Source of the DNA: Parcubacteria group bacterium Greene0714_7
Lineage (GTDB): Bacteria > Patescibacteriota > Minisyncoccia > Phycocordibacterales > Phycocordibacteraceae
Reading direction: 5' to 3'
NCBI GenBank assembly: GCA_007378985.1
Contig: VMHB01000001.1
Span: 128,252 to 192,251, forward strand
Length of the DNA stretch: 64,000 bases
Within the stretch, counting starts at the first letter, position 1, and every line of letters begins with the position of its first letter. The notes under the pieces are model-generated. The model saw nothing but the letters and a program-made list of their open reading frames with translations. It was not told where the DNA came from and searched no databases. This document shows positions 9,483 through 16,900 of this stretch, one piece after another. Position numbers and translations under genes: made by a program.

Positions 9483-10700
9483 ATGAATGACATCAAAATC
9501 ATAAAAACGAAAGAAGATTGTAATCGAGCCCTACTACTCATTGAAGGGCTTGTTGATCGTGATCCAGAGGTTGGATCCGTGGATGCAGACCGCCTTACGC
9601 TTCTCACTGCGCTAGTTAAAGACTACGAATCAAAGAATTTTCCTGAACATCTTCCTGATCCTATTGAAGCAATCAGATTCCGCATGGAGCAAGCTGACCT
9701 TAAGCCTGCAGACCTCGTGCCTTACATAGGCACTGCTGCACGAGTGTCAGAAATTCTTTCAGGGAAACGGCAACTCACGTTGGATATGGTTAGAGCACTT
9801 TCTACAGGTCTTGGTATTCCGGCAAAAGTTCTCATACAAAAACCTTCACGTAATTTTGAATCCCAAAACTGGGACACAGCGCTTGTACGCACAATGGAGC
9901 GACGTGGTTATTTTGGCAAAAAGACTCTCAAGGAGCATGACAAATCAGAATTGGTTAGCGGATTTTTTGCGATGTTTGGTCATTTACAACCCACCGTTCT
10001 TTATCGAAAGACTAGTTTCCGTTCTGCTCCCCGCACTGATAATAGTGCCTTACTTGCTTGGGGAGTTCGCGTGCTTCAAAAAGCCGCAAAAATGAAAGTT
10101 GTCACTAAGTATAAAAAAGGAACAGTCAATTTATCTTTCATGAGTGCATTAATGCAATTGAGTGCAAAAGATAAAGGCCCACTTCTCGCTCGAGATCATC
10201 TCAAGAAACATGGCATCAAACTAATCATTGAGCCACATCTTCCTAAGACTCATCTAGATGGAGCAACTTTCTTTGCCGAAAAAGAGAATCCAGTTATCGG
10301 ACTGACTATTCGTCACGATCGTCCTGATAATTTCTGGTTTACCCTGATGCACGAACTTGGACACGTCGCATTACACCAAGATAACGACATCGAATCCTTC
10401 TACGACGAGGCACTTCAAGACAAGGATGGTGTAGAAATCGACTCCAAAGAAAAGGAAGCAGATACCCTCGCCGAAGAGTCTATCCTTCCAAAGAGTAAGT
10501 GGGAAACAAGCGCAGCAAAGACAACCCCGAATCAGTTTTCTACCGAAGACTTAGCGAATGAACTGGGTGTACAAATCGCCATCATTGCTGGCATGATCCG
10601 TTTTAAACATAAAAACTTCTATTACCTGAACAAAATAGTAAACGATAAAAGTCTGAGTGTCAGACAGTACTTTATGGAAGAGTTTGAAGAAAAAATATGA
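9483..10700 (+). CDS. HigA-like XRE-family HTH protein fused to an ImmA/IrrE (M78) zinc metallopeptidase domain
   Basis: The central HTH is AARVSEILSGKRQLTLDMVRALSTGLGIPAKVL. The C-terminal HEXXH is LMHELGHVALH. The start is 4 nt after the higB stop. The stop overlaps the next gene's start (ATGA). Confidence 0.65.
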   Translation: MNDIKIIKTKEDCNRALLLIEGLVDRDPEVGSVDADRLTLLTALVKDYESKNFPEHLPDPIEAIRFRMEQADLKPADLVPYIGTAARVSEILSGKRQLTLDMVRALSTGLGIPAKVLIQKPSRNFESQNWDTALVRTMERRGYFGKKTLKEHDKSELVSGFFAMFGHLQPTVLYRKTSFRSAPRTDNSALLAWGVRVLQKAAKMKVVTKYKKGTVNLSFMSALMQLSAKDKGPLLARDHLKKHGIKLIIEPHLPKTHLDGATFFAEKENPVIGLTIRHDRPDNFWFTLMHELGHVALHQDNDIESFYDEALQDKDGVEIDSKEKEADTLAEESILPKSKWETSAAKTTPNQFSTEDLANELGVQIAIIAGMIRFKHKNFYYLNKIVNDKSLSVRQYFMEEFEEKI

Positions 10701-11842
10701 CTAAAGTAGTCAAACCATACGTCCCTATATTGCGCTGGAGACCTGCTGAAATGGCGGCATTAGAAAGATTATTTCCAGATGATAGAGAAAATGTGACGCC
10801 ATTGATTGAGTTCATAATGCCTGGACCTTCGATTGATAAAGAAACCCGCAAAGTGACAAAAACACCTAGAGACAAGTTTCTAGAAATACTACCTAATGTC
10901 ACGAAAGACTTACTGAAATCTTGCGGGAAAACTCCAACGTTTATTGATGTCCATCTCCTCGATGGAGATATCCGAGCTTCTTCGCTTGAACAAATTCTCT
11001 CTTCATCGAGCGAACTGGATTTATTCTCTGTTCCAGTTACTTACATTATTCCAGTGACTAGTACGAGCGCAGACATGGAAACCCGCACGGTGGCAGTCAA
11101 TTATGCAAAGTCCAGTGGACATGGACTCTGTATTCGTATCGACAAATCTCACCTCAAGGAAGCAAAGTTCTCATCGCATATTACCGATTTTGTTAAGGCG
11201 AATAAATTGGATGTTGAGAACACTGACTTACTTGTCGATCTGCGCGTCATTGAAAAGGAAACTGATATAACAGAAATAGTAAGACAGCTTACACAACTTC
11301 CAGACCTGAAAAAGTGGCGTTCATTTATCGTGTCTGGTGGTGTTTTCCCGAAAGATTTAAGTGCATTCACAGCCGGTGAGGTACATCCTCTTGAACGACT
11401 GGATTGGAAGTTATGGAAAGCCGTTCGAGAAGCCGGATTGATTCGTATGCCGTTTTTTTCTGACTATACGATCCAGCATCCTTTTTACGAATATGTCGCC
11501 GCCATTGGGAGTGCCAGCATACGATACACAGCTGATGATAAGTGGTGGATTTTTAGAGGTAAGATTCCAGGTCTTATTAATAGGAAAACAAAAGAAAAAG
11601 GTCCAGGACGAGAACAATACATAGGACACGCTCAAACACTTATCAAACGAGATTTTTACAAGAAGAAAGAATATAGCTTTGGTGATGGGGAGATCGCCAG
11701 AATTGCTGCTCCCGGTAATGAAAAGCCGGGGAGTCCAACCACATGGCTCACCATTGGCATCAATCACCACCTCACGCTGGTTGCACGTCAGGCCTCCAAT
11801 CTTGCCGAGAAGATTGCAGAACCTTCCACACGTGTTTCTTAA
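10697..11842 (+). CDS. sce7725-like / beta-protein family protein (partner of sce7726-type proteins)
   Basis: The N-terminal YVPILRWRPAEMAALERL ... TPLIEF pattern matches what I recall of the beta-protein family. The start is translationally coupled to the upstream M78 gene. The 3' end overlaps the convergent gene by 71 nt. Confidence 0.4.
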   Translation: MTKVVKPYVPILRWRPAEMAALERLFPDDRENVTPLIEFIMPGPSIDKETRKVTKTPRDKFLEILPNVTKDLLKSCGKTPTFIDVHLLDGDIRASSLEQILSSSSELDLFSVPVTYIIPVTSTSADMETRTVAVNYAKSSGHGLCIRIDKSHLKEAKFSSHITDFVKANKLDVENTDLLVDLRVIEKETDITEIVRQLTQLPDLKKWRSFIVSGGVFPKDLSAFTAGEVHPLERLDWKLWKAVREAGLIRMPFFSDYTIQHPFYEYVAAIGSASIRYTADDKWWIFRGKIPGLINRKTKEKGPGREQYIGHAQTLIKRDFYKKKEYSFGDGEIARIAAPGNEKPGSPTTWLTIGINHHLTLVARQASNLAEKIAEPSTRVS

Positions 11843-12386
11843 GTGGTTTGAGTTCCATTGATTCAGCAAGTCGTTCGTAGACTAATTCGCGCGGTTTTGA
11901 GCGGACCCCATCCGCTTTACCGAGATTCTCTAGTTTATCGAGTGCTTCACCTCTCCATAGCATTCGAGCGATCGAGACATGATCCTGTTCCGGGTTATTT
12001 TTCGGTTTTCTGATCTTGTTAAAAAAGACTTGACCGTCCTCTCCTATATGTGCGGTATCAATGCCCCACCATTCAGGAATCATCTTAAATGCATCAACGA
12101 AATGTTTAGTGCCCACAATAAGTGTCACTTGATCAAAGATCGCATTATAAGCGTGTATTTGCTCGGGGAGTCTACTGAGTGTGTCGCGATCGCTTTTGAT
12201 TTCAAAGCCGCGCAAGACACCGTTTACAACGGCAACGTCAATTCTTACGGCTCCATGCCAGATTCCCAGCTCTGGAAGCACCCGATAATTCGGATAGTCT
12301 TTTGAGAGTCGATTTACGAGCGCCTCTCTTATTATGGTGTCGTTTGTTTGATTTTTTGTCCCAAGGGCAACACGACACAAATTCAT
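11772..12386 (-). CDS. sce7726-like small PD-(D/E)xK-fold protein
   Basis: RIDVAVVNGVLRGFEIKSDRDTLSRLPEQ carries the D ... E-x-K motif and length typical of the sce7726 family. It is convergent with and overlaps the sce7725-like gene. Confidence 0.45.
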   Translation of the reverse strand: MNLCRVALGTKNQTNDTIIREALVNRLSKDYPNYRVLPELGIWHGAVRIDVAVVNGVLRGFEIKSDRDTLSRLPEQIHAYNAIFDQVTLIVGTKHFVDAFKMIPEWWGIDTAHIGEDGQVFFNKIRKPKNNPEQDHVSIARMLWRGEALDKLENLGKADGVRSKPRELVYERLAESMELKPLKKHVWKVLQSSRQDWRPDVQPA

Positions 12387-12610
12387 ATCTACATTCTACA
12401 CTTATTAAATCGCATAAGAATAGAGCGGCACTGTGGATGCGATCCTTTTACGCTATGGCAACAATCTTGTCCTTAATTATAATGGCGTGACTTGAAACAC
12501 CTTATCAGTTTGCGTCTCTCCTGATTCGATCCTGAAACCTAGTTAGGTCCGAGGGAGTGGGTTGAACTAGAGTATTCAATAGAGAAAAAAGCTTCAAGCG
12601 TAAGACTCCT

Positions 12611-12638
12611 TGTTTCCCCAGCCAGCTTGAGCTAGGTT
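12611..12638 (+). repeat. right direct repeat (att-like) of the 3.9-kb element
   Basis: See 8684-8721. One mismatch lies in the 16-bp junction segment. Confidence 0.6.
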
Positions 12639-12695
12639 ATCCTGCACGAGTCGCGTCGCTCAATTTTTGGTTCCTGTTCTGATAGAATATATCCT

Positions 12696-13046
12696 ATGAA
12701 ATGTTGGGGGTGTAATGAAAATAAGATCCCTTTCTTTACGTGGCTTGCTGGAGACAATCTATGTAGGGGTTGTACACAAAACATAACCTCTCCTGAAGTA
12801 AATAAGAATTACGCAGAGAATGTCGCTCTCATACACAAGAAAAATGTGGCACAGAATGAGAAAGTTGCAAAGCAAGCTGAAACGATAAAGGAACACGGGA
12901 AAAACATTCTCAGTTTAATTTTCGGCGGCATCGCACTGTTGTGGTTTGTTGTAATGCTTCCCGCTCAGCTCGACTTTGCTGGAATTGTTGTTGGTTGGGT
13001 AATAATCGGAGTCATATACCTAGCATTTAAAAGATTTTCTCGCTGA
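12696..13046 (+). CDS. zinc-ribbon membrane protein
   Basis: N-terminal CWGC ... CRGC with two C-terminal TM helices. Confidence 0.4.
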   Translation: MKCWGCNENKIPFFTWLAGDNLCRGCTQNITSPEVNKNYAENVALIHKKNVAQNEKVAKQAETIKEHGKNILSLIFGGIALLWFVVMLPAQLDFAGIVVGWVIIGVIYLAFKRFSR

Positions 13047-13050
13047 AAAA

Positions 13051-13269
13051 ATGAAACCGTATAAAGATTTGGATAAGAATTCTAGAATTGAAGCATATGA
13101 ATACGACGACCATCACATAACTCTTCACTTTAAGAATGGTGGAGAGAGGAATTATACAGACAAGATTGTTACGTTTTTTGATCTTGGTTCACTTAAGGCA
13201 AGGGCAGATATTGGGCAAGGCTTAGATGAGTACGTAAAGGAAATTGAAGGTGGGGCTAGTAAAGAATGA
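13051..13269 (+). CDS. KTSC domain protein
   Basis: IEAYEYDDHHITLHFKNGGERNYTD ... matches the KTSC domain pattern, 72 aa. Confidence 0.4.
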   Translation: MKPYKDLDKNSRIEAYEYDDHHITLHFKNGGERNYTDKIVTFFDLGSLKARADIGQGLDEYVKEIEGGASKE

Positions 13270-13374
13270 ATTTTTCACGCGTTCAAGTCGCGTCGATTTA
13301 ATAAGATAAAATTCAACTTCGTACCAGACTCCCAGCAATGACATAAAACAGCAAACCCTAAAAAGAGGTAGAAT

Positions 13375-13728
13375 ATGCGTATGTCGGACCTTCAAAGGCT
13401 TACCGAGGAGATTATTGCGTTTCGTAATGCTCGCGATTGGAAGCAATTTCATAACTCTAAAGACTGCGCTATTTCTCTTTCTCTAGAAGCAGCAGAGCTG
13501 TTGGAGCATTTTCAGTGGAAGAACAAGGAAGAGGTAAAAAAATATATTGAAACCAATAAATCTGATATCGGTGAAGAATTGGCCGATGTTTTGTATTGGG
13601 TTTTACTTATGAGTCATGATTTGGACATTGATATTTTAAGTGCGCTTGGAAAGAAAATTAAAAAGAATGAAGAAAAATATCCAATAGAAAAAGCGAAAGG
13701 AGTACATACGAAATATACAAAATTATGA
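13375..13728 (+). CDS. MazG-like nucleoside triphosphate pyrophosphohydrolase (small all-alpha NTP-PPase)
   Basis: RDWKQFHNSKDCAISLSLEAAELLEHFQWK and EELADVLYWVLLMSHDLDID are MazG/dCTPase-like EExxE/D motifs. The stop overlaps the downstream start (ATGA). Confidence 0.6.
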   Translation: MRMSDLQRLTEEIIAFRNARDWKQFHNSKDCAISLSLEAAELLEHFQWKNKEEVKKYIETNKSDIGEELADVLYWVLLMSHDLDIDILSALGKKIKKNEEKYPIEKAKGVHTKYTKL

Positions 13729-16001
13729 TTGTATACGAAGCCACAGCTAAAAAATTCATTGAGGATGTGGATTCTAATCAGATTCTTTCTGAGATTGAGA
13801 AGGCCTTCCGTGAAAAGCTCGGTAGAGGCATACCTCCTGGAGAGGTCAGTGCATATGTAAACTCACTACCTCATATGGAGAGGGTGGTCCGGCGGGCCGG
13901 AGTTGCGGACGATTGTGGAATTCTAATTGAGTACAAAATACCCCTGACCAACTTTCGCATAGATTTTGTGATTTCAGGGACAGACGAAGAAGGGAATAAG
14001 AATTTTGTAATTGTCGAATTGAAGCAATGGCAGAAAGCAAGAATTGCGGAGGGGGATGGGCTCGTTGAGTCATTTACGGGAGGTGCTCAGAGAGTAGTTA
14101 CTCATCCGAGCTACCAGTCCTCCAGGTATAAGGACTTCATGGGTGACTTTAACGAAGCGATATATAGCGGCTCTGTTAAGGCGTATTCGTGTGCTTACCT
14201 TCACAACTACCCCACAAGCGAGCCCGAACCGTTGCTCGATCATAAGTACCACAACGTTATTGCTAATTCACCCATATATTTCCGAGATGACCAAGCAAAG
14301 CTTCAGGACTTTATTGCAAAGTATGTAAAGTATGGGAAAGGTATGGACGTGCTATACGAAATTAGCAACGGAACCATACGACCCTCTAAGCGACTCATAG
14401 ATCATGTCGCCAGTATGTTCAAGGGCAATCAAAACTATATTCTAATGGACGAACAGAAGGTTGCCTTTGAGACTGCTCGATCCGTAGCCAATAAAGGTGA
14501 AAAAGCGATAGTAATAATTAAGGGAGGGCCAGGGACGGGCAAATCTGTAATCTCTGTTAATTTGGTGAGCGCTTTACTGACAGACAAACTAAATGCGTTA
14601 TTTGTTGCCCCGAATTCATCATTTCGCGACGTGCTGGTCAAAAAATTAACTCTTGAGAATTCTGCTCAAAGAATCAAGAACATCTTTAAGGGGTCTGCTT
14701 CTTTTTATAATGCAGAGGAGAACGAGTTTGATGTCCTAATTGTTGACGAAGCCCATAGGCTGAAGAAAAAAGGAGCTTTTATGTATGAGGGTGTGAATCA
14801 GGTCGCTGACGTTATTAAAGCTGCCCGAACGTCGATTTTCTTTATAGATGATGATCAGGCAGTTAGACCTGATGATATTGGAACCGTGCACGAATTGAAA
14901 CGACTAGCTGAGCAACACGACGCAAAAATATATGAAATGGAGCTAACAGCGCAATTTAGATGTGCCGGAGCGGAGGGCTATATAAATTGGCTGAATGACA
15001 CATTGCACTTAAAGGAAACTGCCAATTACGATGGCTGGGACAATAAGAGCTTCGATTTTAAAATTTTCGATGACCCAAACAAGTTGCGCGAAGCCATTAG
15101 CGAGAAATCAAAAAAGGGTAACGTTGCCAGAATCCTTGCGGGATATGCATGGGAGTGGACTGCTGCAAATAAGGGTAATGCGGACGGCGAAGTCGAGGAT
15201 ATCGTAATTTCAGAATTCGACTTCAGGATGCCGTGGAATTCACGCAAGGTTGGAACAACTTGGGCGATCGATGAAAAAGGAATTGAACAGGCTGGCTGTA
15301 TTCACACTTCCCAAGGATTAGAGTTTGATTACGTTGGTGTAATAATTGGAGACGATTTAAATTTTGATACGGAGAGTAAACTTTTCTCTACAGACCACAA
15401 GAAATATAAGGATAAGACTGGAAAGAAAGGCATGAAAGAGAAGCCTGAAGAATTGAATAGACTAGTCAGGAATATATATAAAGTTTTGATGACTCGTGGG
15501 ATGAAGGGCTGCTATGTCTATTTTTCGGATAAGGGGCTAGAGCATTATTTTAAAGAGAGAGTACGACTTACTGAGAGTAATTCAAGGCCTGGTGTACCTG
15601 TAGTGTCACCAATTACTCGAGAAATGCTTCAAATACCTCTAGTCGGATCGGCACCTTGTGGAGCTCCGTTACTCGGCCAGGAGAATATTGAAGAATATAT
15701 ATCTGTCGAGAAATCAAAGATCAGATCAGGGTTTGAGTACTTTGTTCTCAGAGCTGAAGGCGACTCCATGAATCTTGCTGGCATAAACGACGGTGACCTT
15801 GTGTTGTGTCGTCAACAATTAAAAGCGGATACCGGTGATAGGGTCGTGGCTTTACTTGGGGACAATGTGACGATAAAGGAATACGGTCCCCGCAAGGACG
15901 GAGTGCGCCTTCTTTTGCCAAAAAGTTCAAATAAAGATCACACACCAATTACCCCAAGCGAAGGAGATAGTGTGCAAGGAATTGTGCAAGAGGTCTTATG
16001 A
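13725..16001 (+). CDS. three-domain protein: N-terminal PD-(D/E)xK nuclease-like, DUF2075/SF1-helicase-like ATPase, and C-terminal LexA/UmuD-type S24 autopeptidase
   Basis: The PD-(D/E)xK region is RIDFVISG ... FVIVELKQW (about 13956-14035). Walker A is GGPGTGKSV (about 14521) and Walker B is VLIVDEAH. The UvrD_C-like region is CIHTSQGLEFDYVGVI. The S24 tail has the Cys-Gly site APCG (15657-15662), the Ser motif GDSM (Ser at 15765) and the Lys motif VTIKEY. Confidence 0.7.
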   Translation: MIVYEATAKKFIEDVDSNQILSEIEKAFREKLGRGIPPGEVSAYVNSLPHMERVVRRAGVADDCGILIEYKIPLTNFRIDFVISGTDEEGNKNFVIVELKQWQKARIAEGDGLVESFTGGAQRVVTHPSYQSSRYKDFMGDFNEAIYSGSVKAYSCAYLHNYPTSEPEPLLDHKYHNVIANSPIYFRDDQAKLQDFIAKYVKYGKGMDVLYEISNGTIRPSKRLIDHVASMFKGNQNYILMDEQKVAFETARSVANKGEKAIVIIKGGPGTGKSVISVNLVSALLTDKLNALFVAPNSSFRDVLVKKLTLENSAQRIKNIFKGSASFYNAEENEFDVLIVDEAHRLKKKGAFMYEGVNQVADVIKAARTSIFFIDDDQAVRPDDIGTVHELKRLAEQHDAKIYEMELTAQFRCAGAEGYINWLNDTLHLKETANYDGWDNKSFDFKIFDDPNKLREAISEKSKKGNVARILAGYAWEWTAANKGNADGEVEDIVISEFDFRMPWNSRKVGTTWAIDEKGIEQAGCIHTSQGLEFDYVGVIIGDDLNFDTESKLFSTDHKKYKDKTGKKGMKEKPEELNRLVRNIYKVLMTRGMKGCYVYFSDKGLEHYFKERVRLTESNSRPGVPVVSPITREMLQIPLVGSAPCGAPLLGQENIEEYISVEKSKIRSGFEYFVLRAEGDSMNLAGINDGDLVLCRQQLKADTGDRVVALLGDNVTIKEYGPRKDGVRLLLPKSSNKDHTPITPSEGDSVQGIVQEVL

Positions 16002-16387
16002 AAATAATACAAGACGACGTATTAAGTTATAGAGAAATGTGTAATTCTGAAAACCAGGAAGTTATGCAACGTGGTATGAATTTTCGTATGAACCCTTCGT
16101 ACTCAGTTATTTTGATGTCACAGAGAGCAAATGCACCATATTCAGACAAGGTTCATGGTGATGGGGTTACAATCGAGTACGAAGGACATGATATTTCAAA
16201 AGCTTATAGTAAAAATCCAAAAGTAGAAGATCAGCCAGAAAAACTTTCAAGCGGTAAGCTAACACAGAATGGTTTCTTTATTAAGGCTGTGAATGATTTC
16301 AAAATGAAAGGGGGAATACCAGAACTAGTAAAAGTATATGAAAAGTGTTTCCTGGAGTCTGGTCTTTTAAAGGGTACTTTGATTTAG
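15998..16387 (+). CDS. hypothetical protein, possibly the N-terminal part of the downstream HNH nuclease (frameshift)
   Basis: 129-aa ORF ending 43 nt inside the next ORF, which is in the -1 frame. The start overlaps the upstream stop (ATGA). Confidence 0.35.
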   Translation: MKIIQDDVLSYREMCNSENQEVMQRGMNFRMNPSYSVILMSQRANAPYSDKVHGDGVTIEYEGHDISKAYSKNPKVEDQPEKLSSGKLTQNGFFIKAVNDFKMKGGIPELVKVYEKCFLESGLLKGTLI

Positions 16388-16692
16388 TTGATTATAAAGT
16401 TGTTCACGATCAATATCGAAATGTATTTCGATACATTCTACAACTATCTGATCGCTCAGAAAGTTCGAATGTAGAAAAAAAGAAGTTGGAGCATAGCAGG
16501 TTGATTCCTTCAGAGGTTAAAAGAGAGGTTTGGAAAAGAGATGGGGGGGAATGTGTTATTTGTGGCGATAATAAAAATCTTCACTTTGATCATGATTTAC
16601 CATTTTCTAGAGGTGGAACTAGTTTATCGACAAAGAATGTTCGCCTGCTTTGTATGAAACACAATCTTCAGAAATCAGATAAAATTGAGTAG
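16345..16692 (+). CDS. HNH endonuclease domain protein
   Basis: CVICGDNKNLHFDHDLPFSRGG ... NVRLLCMKHN is an HNH motif with Zn-binding Cys/His. The true start is uncertain and a frameshift from 15998-16387 is possible. Confidence 0.55.
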   Translation: MFPGVWSFKGYFDLVDYKVVHDQYRNVFRYILQLSDRSESSNVEKKKLEHSRLIPSEVKREVWKRDGGECVICGDNKNLHFDHDLPFSRGGTSLSTKNVRLLCMKHNLQKSDKIE

Positions 16693-16778
16693 TAAATTTA
16701 TATTTGAAGATGTATTGGATGATCCCCGCAGACCTTGATACTAAAATGCGTAAAAATCACAGAAAGTCATAAATTCCC

Positions 16779-16838
16779 ATGCCCCTCATCTCCAAAACAA
16801 CCTTCCTTGAATTCCTGATGTGCCCCAAGAATGAGTGA
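16779..16838 (+). pseudogene. duplicated 5' fragment of the DUF2779 gene (homologous to the start of 28251-29756)
   Basis: ATGCCCCTCATCTCCAAAACAACCTTCCTTGAATTCCTGATGTGCCCCAAGAA encodes MPLISKTTFLEFLMCPKNE-stop. This matches MSTLISKTTFLEFLMCPKN at 28251 closely at nucleotide level. Confidence 0.6.
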
Positions 16839-16848
16839 GAGAAAGTAT

Positions 16849-16884
16849 CCACACCAAGGCGAACGAACGTTCGCCTTGGTGTGG
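16849..16884. repeat. 36-bp perfect palindrome CCACACCAAGGCGAACG|AACGTTCGCCTTGGTGTGG followed by TATAATTTTTT
   Basis: Seen directly. It lies between the DUF2779 gene fragment and the RhuM/Fic start, and could be a terminator, an operator or an insertion boundary. Confidence 0.6.
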
Positions 16885-16900
16885 TATAATTTTTTAAAGT

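Noticed and set aside
9811-10095. 94-aa alternative-frame ORF inside the HTH-ImmA gene, and small antisense ORFs at 8965-9229
   Set aside because: They are embedded in or overlap better-supported genes, with no motifs.
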